Positions 1 to 8,997 of a DNA stretch of 64,000 bases are shown here, in pieces. Source of the DNA: an uncultured Candidatus Rokubacteria bacterium. Its GTDB lineage: Bacteria; Methylomirabilota; Methylomirabilia; Rokubacteriales; DASRDR01. The notes below the pieces were generated by a model, which worked only from the letters and a program-made list of their open reading frames with translations, made no database searches and was not told where the DNA came from. A program made the position numbers and the translations under genes. The number at the start of each line of letters is the position of its first letter. Within the stretch, counting starts at the first letter, position 1. The stretch covers positions 192,001-256,000 of the forward strand of contig CAWGVS010000006.1 of NCBI GenBank assembly GCA_963826115.1, read 5' to 3'.

Positions 1-2
1 CC

Positions 3-224
3 AAGGCCGCCCGGGAGACCGACATCCCCGAGGGCGGCACCATGCAGGGTTACGGCGTGAAGTTCTTGGGCGAGGGGAATCCGATGCGGGGCCAGAACGA
101 GCGGGCCATCGCCGCTGTTTACCAGATCGTCGAGGGCCGGTTCCAGCACGTCTGGCCGAAGTTGATCGCGATGAGCAACCCGCCGGTGCTCCTGCCGGCG
201 TCGTCCCCGTTTGCCGCGCGCTGA
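3..224 (+). CDS. C-terminal part of ABC substrate-binding protein (Liv-type), truncated at window edge
   Basis: Open frame from base 3 (KAARETDIPEGGTMQGYGVKF...VYQIVEGRFQHVWP) directly upstream of livG/F/H/M-like genes. Confidence 0.75.
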   Translation, partial: KAARETDIPEGGTMQGYGVKFLGEGNPMRGQNERAIAAVYQIVEGRFQHVWPKLIAMSNPPVLLPASSPFAAR

Positions 225-317
225 TCGCGCGGGTGCGGGCGCTCCGGCGCCCGCCGACGTGCCGTCCCGACGCCGGGGGCGGGGTCTGACCGCCCCGTCC
301 CCGGCCCGCCGCCGCCC

Positions 318-1058
318 GTGACCGCGATGCTCCAGGTGTCCGCTGTCGTCAAGCGGTTCGGCGGCTTCACCGCGCTCAGCGACGTGTCTTTCGACGTCGT
401 CGAGGGCGAGATCCTGGGCCTGATCGGCCCCAACGGCTCCGGCAAGACCACGATGTTCAACTGCGTCTCCGGCGCCCTCGCGCCGACATCGGGGTCCATC
501 CGGTTCCGGGGCGAGGAGCTCGCCGGCCTCACGCCCGACGCCATCTGCCACCGGGGCATCGCGCGGACCTTCCAGATCCCGCGGCCGTTCCGGAAGCTCT
601 CGATCCTCGAGAACGTCGCCGTGGCCGCGCACTACGGCGCGGCGCAGCGCAGCTCGGAGGCCGAGGCGCGCGCCCGCGCCCGGGAGGTCCTGACGCTGGT
701 CGGCCTGCCCGGCGCCGACGGCGCGCCGACGGCGCTTCTCGGCGCCGGCGGCCTGAAGAAGCTCGAGCTGGCGCGGGCGCTGGCCACCGGGCCGAAGCTC
801 CTGCTCGCCGACGAGAGTCTCGGCGGCCTGGACGCCTCCGAGATGGCCGGCGCGGCCGAGATGCTACGCCGCGTCCGCGGCGAGCTCGGGGTCACCATCG
901 TCTGGGTCGAGCACATCATGGCGACGCTGATGCGCGTCGTGGACCGCGTGGTGGTGCTGGATCACGGCGAGAAGATCGCCGAAGGGCTCCCGGCCGCGGT
1001 GGCGCAGGACCCCCGAGTCGTCGAGGCCTACCTCGGCGAGAAGCTCGTCGTCAGCTGA
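318..1058 (+). CDS. livG: Branched-chain amino acid ABC ATP-binding protein (LivG-like)
   Basis: Walker A GPNGSGKTT, RTFQIPRPF, LLADE, VEH, EAYLG; start may be ATG at 327. Confidence 0.92.
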   Translation: MTAMLQVSAVVKRFGGFTALSDVSFDVVEGEILGLIGPNGSGKTTMFNCVSGALAPTSGSIRFRGEELAGLTPDAICHRGIARTFQIPRPFRKLSILENVAVAAHYGAAQRSSEAEARARAREVLTLVGLPGADGAPTALLGAGGLKKLELARALATGPKLLLADESLGGLDASEMAGAAEMLRRVRGELGVTIVWVEHIMATLMRVVDRVVVLDHGEKIAEGLPAAVAQDPRVVEAYLGEKLVVS

Positions 1059-1080
1059 GCGCGAGGCCGCCCGCGCCCCC

Positions 1081-1785
1081 ATGCTCGAGCTGAAGAGCGT
1101 CACCGCCGGCTACGGGGCCTTCACCGCGCTGTGGGACGTGAGCCTGCGCGTGCAGGCGGGGGAGGCGGTGGCCGTGGTCGGCCCGAACGGCGCCGGGAAG
1201 ACGACGCTGCTCCGCGTCATCTCGGGGATGATCCCACCCCGCGCCGGGGAGCTCCTCTTCGAGGGCGCGTCGATCGGCGGTCAGCGTGCGTACGAGATGG
1301 TGGCGCGCGGGATCGCGCACGTCCCGGAGGGGCGGCGGATCTTCCCGGCCCTGACGGTGGCCGACAACCTCCGGATGGGCGCCTTCCTCCGGACGGCCCG
1401 GAGTCGGTACGCGGAGAGCCTGGCGCGCGTGTTCGCGCTCTTCCCGGTCCTCGCCGAGCGGCGCGGCCAGCGGGCGGGGAGCCTGTCCGGGGGCGAGCAG
1501 CAGATGCTGGCGGTCGGGCGCGCGCTGATGTCGTGCCCCCGGCTGATCCTGCTCGACGAGCCTTCGATGGGGCTCGCGCCGGTGATGGTCCTCCGGCTCT
1601 TCGACCTCATCCAGCGCGTCCGGGCGGAGGGCTACACGATCCTGGTGGTCGAGCAGAACGTCCGCCAGGTGCTCAAGATCGTCGACCGCGCGTACCTCCT
1701 GGAGGTCGGACGCATCAAGATGGAGGGGCGCGCGGCGGAGCTCTCCGAGGACGAGTTCGTCCGGAAGGCGTACGTCGGCCTGTGA
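1081..1785 (+). CDS. livF: Branched-chain amino acid ABC ATP-binding protein (LivF-like)
   Basis: GPNGAGKTT, VPEGRRIF, LSGGEQQML, LLDEPSMGLAP, VEQN. Confidence 0.95.
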   Translation: MLELKSVTAGYGAFTALWDVSLRVQAGEAVAVVGPNGAGKTTLLRVISGMIPPRAGELLFEGASIGGQRAYEMVARGIAHVPEGRRIFPALTVADNLRMGAFLRTARSRYAESLARVFALFPVLAERRGQRAGSLSGGEQQMLAVGRALMSCPRLILLDEPSMGLAPVMVLRLFDLIQRVRAEGYTILVVEQNVRQVLKIVDRAYLLEVGRIKMEGRAAELSEDEFVRKAYVGL

Positions 1786-2648
1786 TCGACCCGATCTTCC
1801 TCCTCGAGGCGGCGATCAACGGCATCCTCCTGGGCGGGATCCTCGCCCTCCTGGCCCTCGGCCTGAACCTGATCTTCGGCGTCATCGACATCGTGTGGAT
1901 CGTCTACGTCGACCTCGTCATGCTGTGCATGTACGTCGTCTACTTCGCGAACCAGGTCCACGGCTGGCCCTTCTGGCTCGCCGCGCTCGCCGCGCTGGCG
2001 GCGGGCGCAGCGCTGGGCGTGGCGGTGCACGTCCTCGTCATCACCCCGATCCTCTCGAGCCCCCCCATCAACCAGCTGCTCGCGACGGGCGGCCTCCTCT
2101 TCTTCATCCAGTCGTTTGCGACCTTTCTGTGGACCACGGACCACCGGAGCGTCCGGTTCTCGCTGCCGAGCTTCGAGATCGGCGGCATCTTCCTGCCGGC
2201 GACGCGCCTGATCCCGTTCGGGATCTCGATCCTGGCGCTGCTCGGGCTCTACCTGTTCCTCACCCGGACCTTCATGGGCACCGCGATGCGGGCGGTGGCC
2301 CAGGATCGCGACGCCATGGCGCTGATGGGGGCCAATCCCCAGCGGGTCTACGTGGTCACCTCGGCGGTGGGTGGCCTGATGGCGGGGCTCGCCGGCGCGC
2401 TCCTCGTCTTCCAGTACTCGGTGCACCCGTTCTTCGGCGGCCAGTTCGGCCCGCTCACGTTCATGATTTGCGTCCTGGGCGGCCTCGGGAACATGGTCGG
2501 CGCCTTCGTCGCGTCGTTCCTGATGAGCGAGATCATCTCGCTCGCCGGCGTCATCTGGTCGACCGAGATGGGGTACGTCATCGCTTTCGTCTTCTTCATC
2601 GTGATGATGTTCCTGCGGCCCGGTGGCATTCTCGCGAGGCGGGAGTGA
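1782..2648 (+). CDS. livH: Branched-chain amino acid ABC permease (LivH-like)
   Basis: GTG at 1782 overlaps livF TGA; hydrophobic; ALGLNLIFGV, GTAMRAVAQD, VLGGLG, RPGGI. Confidence 0.92.
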   Translation: MIDPIFLLEAAINGILLGGILALLALGLNLIFGVIDIVWIVYVDLVMLCMYVVYFANQVHGWPFWLAALAALAAGAALGVAVHVLVITPILSSPPINQLLATGGLLFFIQSFATFLWTTDHRSVRFSLPSFEIGGIFLPATRLIPFGISILALLGLYLFLTRTFMGTAMRAVAQDRDAMALMGANPQRVYVVTSAVGGLMAGLAGALLVFQYSVHPFFGGQFGPLTFMICVLGGLGNMVGAFVASFLMSEIISLAGVIWSTEMGYVIAFVFFIVMMFLRPGGILARRE

Positions 2649-3631
2649 GCGGCGCGACCGGGGCGGCCGTCGCCGTGGTGGCCGCCGTCCTGCTGGCGGT
2701 GCCCCTGGGGCTCGGCCCGGGGACCGGTCAGTACGTGCTCCACGTCCTCATCCAGATCTTCATCTGGTCGTTCGTGGGGCAGGCCTGGTCCTTGATGGGC
2801 CGGTTCGGCCTGGTGTCGCTGGGCCACGGCGCCTTCCTCGGGATCGGCGCCTACACGGTCGCCCTCTTGTGGAACTTCTACCGGCTGACCCCGTGGGTGG
2901 GCGCCGTGGTCGCGGTGGCCCTCACCGCGACCTTCGCGGCGGTGGTCGCGTACCCGTGCTCGCGCTTCCGCGTCGTCGGCCACTACTTCGGCCTGGTCAC
3001 CCTGGCGGTGGGCGAGGTGGTGCGGCTCCTGATCATCGCGGAGCGGGACTGGACCGGCGGCTCGCTCGGACTCACGCTGAAGCCGGCGGGCGCCAGGGGT
3101 CTCCTCGCCCTCCAGTTCGCCGACCGCCGGATCTTCTACTACGGCACGCTCGTGCTGTGGGCGGCGGGGCTCTGGGTGTGGTGGCGGCTCGACCGGTCGA
3201 TGGCACGCGACGCGATGGAGGCGATCGGTGAGGACGAGACGGCGGCCGCCTCGGTCGGCATTCACGTGACCCGCTTCAAGCTGGGGATCACCGTCCTGTC
3301 GGCCGGGCTGACCGCGCTCGGTGGGGTCGCTTACGCACAGTACATCGCCTACGTGAACCCGGAGACGCTTTCCGGCATCGGCGTGTCGCTCCGCATCGTG
3401 TTCGCCGTCGTCCTCGGCGGCATGTACGTGCTCCTCGGCCCCACCGTGGGCGCGGCCCTCACCATTGCGCTCAGCGAGTCGCTCCGGATCGCGTTCGGCC
3501 TCAAGTTCATCGGGATGGCCGAGACGATCTACGGGCTTCTGCTCGTGCTTTTCATCATCTTCCTGCCCGCGGGAATCTGGGGCAGCCTGGGCCGGTGGCT
3601 GGGGCGGTCCCAGGCGGCGAGGGTCGCGTGA
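2645..3631 (+). CDS. livM: Branched-chain amino acid ABC permease (LivM-like)
   Basis: GTGA overlap with previous stop; GLVSLGHGAFLGIGAY, YFGLVTLA, AIGEDETAAASVG, LPAGIWG. Confidence 0.92.
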   Translation: MSGATGAAVAVVAAVLLAVPLGLGPGTGQYVLHVLIQIFIWSFVGQAWSLMGRFGLVSLGHGAFLGIGAYTVALLWNFYRLTPWVGAVVAVALTATFAAVVAYPCSRFRVVGHYFGLVTLAVGEVVRLLIIAERDWTGGSLGLTLKPAGARGLLALQFADRRIFYYGTLVLWAAGLWVWWRLDRSMARDAMEAIGEDETAAASVGIHVTRFKLGITVLSAGLTALGGVAYAQYIAYVNPETLSGIGVSLRIVFAVVLGGMYVLLGPTVGAALTIALSESLRIAFGLKFIGMAETIYGLLLVLFIIFLPAGIWGSLGRWLGRSQAARVA

Positions 3632-4488
3632 GCGGGCGCCGCGCCGGCCTGCGAGGCCTCGTCGAGCGCCGGCAGGGGCTCGTCGTGCCGGGCGCCTACG
3701 ACGCGCTCTCGGCGCGGCTCGTGGAGCAGGCGGGATTCCCCGCGGTGTACATGACCGGCTTCGGCGTCTCCGCCTCGCGGCTCGGTCTGCCGGACCTGGG
3801 CTTCGCGGGGCTCGCCGAGATGGTCGACCAGGCCCGGAACCTGGCCGCCGCCGTCTCGATCCCGCTGATCGCGGACGCCGACACGGGCTACGGCAGCGCG
3901 CTCCAGGTGCGCCGTACCGTGCAGCAGTACGAGGCGGCCGGCGTCGCCGCCCTCCACATCGAGGACCAGGTCGCGCCGAAGCGCTGCGGTCACCTCGCCG
4001 GCAAGCAGGTGGTGCCCGCCGAGGAGTTCGTGGGCCGGATCCGGGCCGCGGTGGAAGCGCGCACCGATCCCGATCTCCTGGTGATCGCGCGGACGGACGC
4101 GATCGCGGTGACCGGCTTCGAGGATGCGCTCGCGCGCGCCGATGCCGCGGCCCGCGCGGGGGCCGACGTCCTCTTCGTGGAGGCGCCGACCTCCGAGGCG
4201 GAGATCGAGGCCTTGCCGCGCCGGCTCGACCGGCCGCTCCTCTTCAACTACGCGCCGAGCGGCCGGTCGCCGCTCCCCCCGTTCGCCCACCTGCGCGCGC
4301 TCGGCTACGCGGTCGTCATCCTGCCGGTGGACCTCCTGTTCGCGGCGACGCGGGCGATGCAGCGGGCGCTCGCGGAGCTCCGCGACGGGGGCGCGACGGC
4401 CCGGAACCCCGAGCGTCTCGTGTCATTCCAGGAGTTCCTGGAGCTGATCGGCCTGCCGGACCAGCTCGCGCTCGGCCAGCGGTACTGA
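3628..4488 (+). CDS. Isocitrate lyase/PEP mutase family protein (methylisocitrate lyase- or oxaloacetate decarboxylase-like)
   Basis: PGAYDALSA, GLPDLG, DADTGYG, IEDQVAPKRCGH, IARTDA; GTGA overlap with livM. Confidence 0.9.
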   Translation: MSGRRAGLRGLVERRQGLVVPGAYDALSARLVEQAGFPAVYMTGFGVSASRLGLPDLGFAGLAEMVDQARNLAAAVSIPLIADADTGYGSALQVRRTVQQYEAAGVAALHIEDQVAPKRCGHLAGKQVVPAEEFVGRIRAAVEARTDPDLLVIARTDAIAVTGFEDALARADAAARAGADVLFVEAPTSEAEIEALPRRLDRPLLFNYAPSGRSPLPPFAHLRALGYAVVILPVDLLFAATRAMQRALAELRDGGATARNPERLVSFQEFLELIGLPDQLALGQRY

Positions 4489-4572
4489 GGGCGCCGCCTC
4501 CCGGTCCGTCCCGACTCGCCCCGGCGGCGCCGCGTCCGCTCGACCCTCGCGTCCGGTCGGCGGCGGCGCCGG

Positions 4573-5664
4573 CTAGCGGGCCCGTCGTGCCCGGACTTCT
4601 CGCAACGTGCCGAGCACGCCCTTCGGGAAGAAGAACACCACCAGGATGAACAGGATCCCGAAGTAGAGGAGCCACCGGTCGGCAAGCCGCTGAAGGATCT
4701 CGGAGCCGGGCGCCAGCGCGGCGCCGAGCGCGCGGAGATCGGGAAGCAGGGTCCGGGCGGTGAGGAGGACGGCGGCGCCGACGATCCCGCCGTACAGCGT
4801 CCCCAGGCCGCCGATGATCACCATCAGCAGGACGTCGAGCATGATCGGGACGCCGAGGGTGGACTCCGGGTTCACGTACCGGACCCAGACCGTGTAGAGC
4901 CCGCCGAGCACGGTCGCGACCACGCTCGCGAACGACGACGCGACGAGCTGAAACACGAACGTCCGGTAGCCGAGGGCCTCCGCCCGGAGCTCGTTGTCCC
5001 GGATCGCCTGCAGCGTGCGCCCCAGCGGCGAGTGGACGAACCGGCTCATGACGAGGAACAGCACGAGGCATGCCGCCAGCACCGAGTAGTAGGTCACGGT
5101 CCGCGCGCTCAGCGGGACGCCGAGGAACTGCCCGCCCGCCCAGCTCACCGCGAAGACGCCGGGGAGCTTCGGCGAGAGACCGTCCTCGCCCCCGGTGAGG
5201 GGCGTCCACTGCACGGCGAGGATGAGGGCGAACTCCGCGAACGCGAGCGTGATCATCGCGAAGAAGAGCGCCTTGACGCGGAGCGAGAAGGCGCCGATCA
5301 GGGCCGCGACCGCCGCCGAGATCAGGGCTCCGGCCAGGAAGCCGAGGCCGAGGTGGCCATAGGTCACACCGCCCAGCTTGCCGAGGGCAAGCGCGACGGC
5401 GTAGGCGCCGATACCGAAGTACATCGCGTGCCCGAAGGAGACGATCCCCGTGTACCCGATCACGACGTCGTAGCTCGCCGCGAGCGTCGCGAACAGCGCG
5501 ATCTTGAGCGCGAGGTCGGTGACCTTGAAGGAGGGGGCCACCAGCGGCACCAGGACGAACGCGGCGAGGACGCCGAGCCGGAGCCAGACCGTCGGCTCGC
5601 GGAGCCGGCCTCGGCGGGCGACCTCGCGGGCCGACTCCACCGGCGTCGGCCCGCTGGAGCTCAC
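4573..5664 (-). CDS. livM: Branched-chain amino acid ABC permease (LivM-like)
   Basis: GYTGIVSFGHAMYFGIGAY, TGGEDG, SPLGRTLQAIRDNELRAEALG, FFPKG; GTG start overlaps upstream stop. Confidence 0.92.
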   Translation of the reverse strand: MSSSGPTPVESAREVARRGRLREPTVWLRLGVLAAFVLVPLVAPSFKVTDLALKIALFATLAASYDVVIGYTGIVSFGHAMYFGIGAYAVALALGKLGGVTYGHLGLGFLAGALISAAVAALIGAFSLRVKALFFAMITLAFAEFALILAVQWTPLTGGEDGLSPKLPGVFAVSWAGGQFLGVPLSARTVTYYSVLAACLVLFLVMSRFVHSPLGRTLQAIRDNELRAEALGYRTFVFQLVASSFASVVATVLGGLYTVWVRYVNPESTLGVPIMLDVLLMVIIGGLGTLYGGIVGAAVLLTARTLLPDLRALGAALAPGSEILQRLADRWLLYFGILFILVVFFFPKGVLGTLREVRARRAR

Positions 5665-6647
5665 TTGCCGGCTCCGAAGAGCCCCGTCGGCCGCAGCAGG
5701 AGGATCAGAACCATGAGCGCCATGTTGACGCCGATGGCCGCCTTGGGGAGGAGGAAGGCGACGTAGTTGTAGGAGAGCCCGACCAGGAGCGCGCCGACGA
5801 GCGAGCCGGTGACGCTTCCGAGCCCGCCGATGATCACGACGATGAAGGCGAAGACGAGTTGCTCGCCACCCATCGCCGGTCGGACCGACTGGCTGAAGAT
5901 CGCCCACATGAGTCCGCCCACGCCCGCCAGGGCCGAGCCGGCGGCGAACACCCCCGTGAAGTAGCGAGACAGATTGTGGCCCATCACCTGGACCATCTCG
6001 CCGTTCTCGACGCCGGCCCGTACGATGAGCCCCACCCGCGTCCGGTTCAGAACCAGGCGCATGCCGGTGTAGACGATGAGACCCAGAGCGATGGCGACGA
6101 CGGGGAACCGAAGGATCACCACATCGGCCACGTCCCACGAGCCCTGAAGCGTGGCGGGCACCGGCATCACCTGGTCGTTCGGGCCCCAGACGATCCGGAT
6201 CAGCTCCTCGAGGACGATGGTCGCGCCCAGCGTGATGAGGATCTGGAACAGGTGCTGGCCGTAGACGGGCCGGACGATCACCCGCTCCAGCAGGAGCCCG
6301 AGGGCGGCCGTCGTCAGGACGGCGGCCAACACCGCGACGAGGAGGACCAGCAGGTTGGCGGCGACTGACCCGCTCGTCGCCCAGTGGAAGTGCCGGTCCA
6401 GCAAGACCGCGATGCTGAAGCCCGCGAAGGCGCCCCAGGAAAACAGCGCGCCATGGGCGAAGTTGAGAACGTCCATCAGGCCGAAGATCAGGGTCAGGCC
6501 CGAGGCGACGAGGAAGATCAGCATGCCCATGGCGAGGCCCGCCACGCTGAGCGTCAGGTAGGTCCGTGGCTCGATGGCGAGGAGCGGTGCCAGGAGGAGC
6601 GCGAGGCCGACCGGGACCAGGAGCCGGGTCTGCGTCACGGTCGACAT
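5661..6647 (-). CDS. livH: Branched-chain amino acid ABC permease (LivH-like)
   Basis: GLTLIFGLMDVLNFAHG, GLIVRAG, IIGGLGS, RPTGLFG. Confidence 0.93.
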   Translation of the reverse strand: MSTVTQTRLLVPVGLALLLAPLLAIEPRTYLTLSVAGLAMGMLIFLVASGLTLIFGLMDVLNFAHGALFSWGAFAGFSIAVLLDRHFHWATSGSVAANLLVLLVAVLAAVLTTAALGLLLERVIVRPVYGQHLFQILITLGATIVLEELIRIVWGPNDQVMPVPATLQGSWDVADVVILRFPVVAIALGLIVYTGMRLVLNRTRVGLIVRAGVENGEMVQVMGHNLSRYFTGVFAAGSALAGVGGLMWAIFSQSVRPAMGGEQLVFAFIVVIIGGLGSVTGSLVGALLVGLSYNYVAFLLPKAAIGVNMALMVLILLLRPTGLFGAGK

Positions 6648-6653
6648 GGGGAC

Positions 6654-7358
6654 TCAGACCCCGAGATAGCGCTGCTTGAGCGCCGGGTCGCCGACGAGCG
6701 CGGCCATGGACCCGGCCTCGACGGTTCGACCGTCGTCGAGGAGGACGAAGTCGTCGCCGATCGCCTCGGCGAGCGCGAGGTTCTGCTCGACCAGGAGGAT
6801 CGTCACCTCCCGCTTCATCGTCCGCAGGGCGTCCGTCAGGTGCTCGACGATGATGGGCGCGAGGCCCTTCGACGGCTCGTCGATCAGGAGAAGGCGATTC
6901 GGGTTCACCAGGGCCCGCGCGATGGACAGCATCTGCTTCTGCCCGCCGGAGAGCGTCCCCGCCCGGGCGTGGCGGAAGCGCTCGAGGTCCGGAAACAGCG
7001 CGAGGACTCGGCGGAGACGGTCGTCCGAGCTGGCGTCGTCCACGATCCGGGCGACGCGGAGGTTCTCGTCCACCGTGAGGGTCTGGAAGATCCCCTGACC
7101 CTCGGGGACGTAGCCGATCCCGAGCCGGGCGACCGCGTACGGAGGCAGGTCGTGGGTCGGCCGCCCGTCGAAGCGGACGGCGCCACGGCGAGGGTGAAGC
7201 AGGCTCATCGCCGTGCGGAGGGTCGTGGTCTTGCCCGCGCCGTTCCGGCCGAGAAGCACGGTCACGGCGTCCGGCCGGACGCGGAGGGAGACGCCCTGGA
7301 GAATGTGATGCTGGCCGATGTAGGCGTGCACGTCCTCGAGCTCGAGGAGCGGCGTCAC
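6654..7358 (-). CDS. livF: Branched-chain amino acid ABC ATP-binding protein (LivF-like)
   Basis: GRNGAGKTT, VPEGQGIF, LSGGQKQML, IDEPSKGLAP, VEQN. Confidence 0.93.
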   Translation of the reverse strand: MTPLLELEDVHAYIGQHHILQGVSLRVRPDAVTVLLGRNGAGKTTTLRTAMSLLHPRRGAVRFDGRPTHDLPPYAVARLGIGYVPEGQGIFQTLTVDENLRVARIVDDASSDDRLRRVLALFPDLERFRHARAGTLSGGQKQMLSIARALVNPNRLLLIDEPSKGLAPIIVEHLTDALRTMKREVTILLVEQNLALAEAIGDDFVLLDDGRTVEAGSMAALVGDPALKQRYLGV

Positions 7359-8125
7359 GTGCGAGCTCCGCCCCCGAAATAGGCGGCCTGGACCTCGGGG
7401 TTGCGGGCGATCGCCGAGGGGGTGTCGTCGGCAATGAGCCGGCCGTCTTTCAGCACGGCGATCGTATCGGAGAGCGTCATCACCATGTCGATCTTGTGCT
7501 CGACGAGAAGAATGGTCTCGGTGCGACGCGCGCGGATCCGGTCGATCAGGGCCACGATCGTCGGGACTTCCTCGAGCGACATGCCGGCGGTGGGCTCGTC
7601 CAGGAGGAGGAGTGAGGGCGCGAGGGCCAGCAGAATGCCCAGCTCGAGCTTGCGCTTCTCGCCGTGGGCGAGGGTTCCGGCGAGGGCGGCCCACTTGCTC
7701 TCCAGCAGGACCTCGGCCAGTAGCGCGTAGGCCTGGTCCTCGAGGTCGGGGAAGCTGCGGTAATCCCGCCAGGCGACGAGACCCAGCCCCCGGCGGGCCT
7801 GGACGGCGAGCCGGACGTTCTCGAGGACGGAAAGAGTGGGGAAGACGTTCGTCAGCTGGAAGGAGCGGCCGATCCCGAGACGAGTCCGCGCGGCGGCGCT
7901 CCACGCCGTGATGTCGCGGCCCGCGAACGCGATCCGACCCTCGCTCGGCCGGTACTGGCCGCTCAAGAGATTGAAGAACGTCGTCTTCCCGGCGCCATTC
8001 GGGCCGATGATCGACTTGAGGGTGCCGCGCGCCACCTCGAGGGATACGTGGTCGACGGCCACGTGTCCGCCGAAGCGGATGGTGAGGTCCTCGGTCCGAA
8101 GGAGCGGGAGCTCGACCGTCGCGAT
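7355..8125 (-). CDS. livG: Branched-chain amino acid ABC ATP-binding protein (LivG-like); start uncertain (ATC 8125, or first canonical GTG 8062)
   Basis: GPNGAGKTT, GRSFQ, LLDEPTAG, VEH; conserved LLRTEDLTIRFGG lies upstream of the first canonical start. Confidence 0.88.
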   Translation of the reverse strand: MATVELPLLRTEDLTIRFGGHVAVDHVSLEVARGTLKSIIGPNGAGKTTFFNLLSGQYRPSEGRIAFAGRDITAWSAAARTRLGIGRSFQLTNVFPTLSVLENVRLAVQARRGLGLVAWRDYRSFPDLEDQAYALLAEVLLESKWAALAGTLAHGEKRKLELGILLALAPSLLLLDEPTAGMSLEEVPTIVALIDRIRARRTETILLVEHKIDMVMTLSDTIAVLKDGRLIADDTPSAIARNPEVQAAYFGGGART

Positions 8126-8143
8126 CGTCTCGGCGGCGCGGCG

Positions 8144-8989
8144 TTACCGTCCGCGAAGGAAGGCGCGCACCGCCGTCCGCACCCGGGGATGCCGGCCCAT
8201 GAGCACCGTGTAGTGGTTGGTCCCCCGGACCTCCACGAGCTTGGCCTTTGGGATCGCCGCGGCCATCGCCTGCGCCTCCTCGCGGGTCATAAGACAGTCG
8301 GTCGCGGTCAGCAGCCCGTCGGGGGCGCGAAGGACGAGGGTTGGGCAGCGAACGCGGTGGTGGAGGGTCCAGAGCCGCTCCCGCTGGAGGCTCGCCAGCT
8401 CCTCCGCGATGGCCGGGGGGGACGCCTTCGGGCGCACGGCGCCGGACGGCAGCGTCTCGACGTCGTACCGGAAATACCCCTCCAGGTGGTCGTTCCAGCG
8501 TCCCGCGAACATCGGGAGCCCCCGCATCCGTCCGAGGAAGGCCTCGAGCGAGGGGAACTCCATCCCGAGACGCGCGATGGCCGGCCCCAAGGAGTCGAGC
8601 ACCTCCGCCCGGACGTCGAGGCCTCCGTCGATCAGGACGAGCCGGCGGACCCGAGCCGGATGGTCGACCGCGAAGCGGAGCGCGATCGCGGCGCCGAGGG
8701 AGTGGCCCATCAGGACGGCGCGCCGGAGCCCCAGACGGTCGAGCAGCGCCCCGAGGTCCTGGCCGTGGGCGGCGAGACTGTATCCCGTCCCGGGTTTGTC
8801 GCTGTCCCCGCGACCCCGGAGGTCGTAGGCGACCAGGCGGAAGTCCGGGGCGAGGACCTCGGCCATCGCGGCCCAGCAGCGGTGGTTGGCCGTCAACCCG
8901 TGAATGCCGACGACCGTCGTCGGCGACCGGCCCTCTCCGGGCCACTCGTGGACGGCGAGGGCGACGCCGTCCGCCGCGACGCGGGCCAC
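8144..8989 (-). CDS. Alpha/beta-fold hydrolase
   Basis: IHGL, DLRGRGDS, nucleophile GHSLG, C-terminal NHY. Confidence 0.9.
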   Translation of the reverse strand: MARVAADGVALAVHEWPGEGRSPTTVVGIHGLTANHRCWAAMAEVLAPDFRLVAYDLRGRGDSDKPGTGYSLAAHGQDLGALLDRLGLRRAVLMGHSLGAAIALRFAVDHPARVRRLVLIDGGLDVRAEVLDSLGPAIARLGMEFPSLEAFLGRMRGLPMFAGRWNDHLEGYFRYDVETLPSGAVRPKASPPAIAEELASLQRERLWTLHHRVRCPTLVLRAPDGLLTATDCLMTREEAQAMAAAIPKAKLVEVRGTNHYTVLMGRHPRVRTAVRAFLRGR

Positions 8990-8997
8990 TCCGCCCC

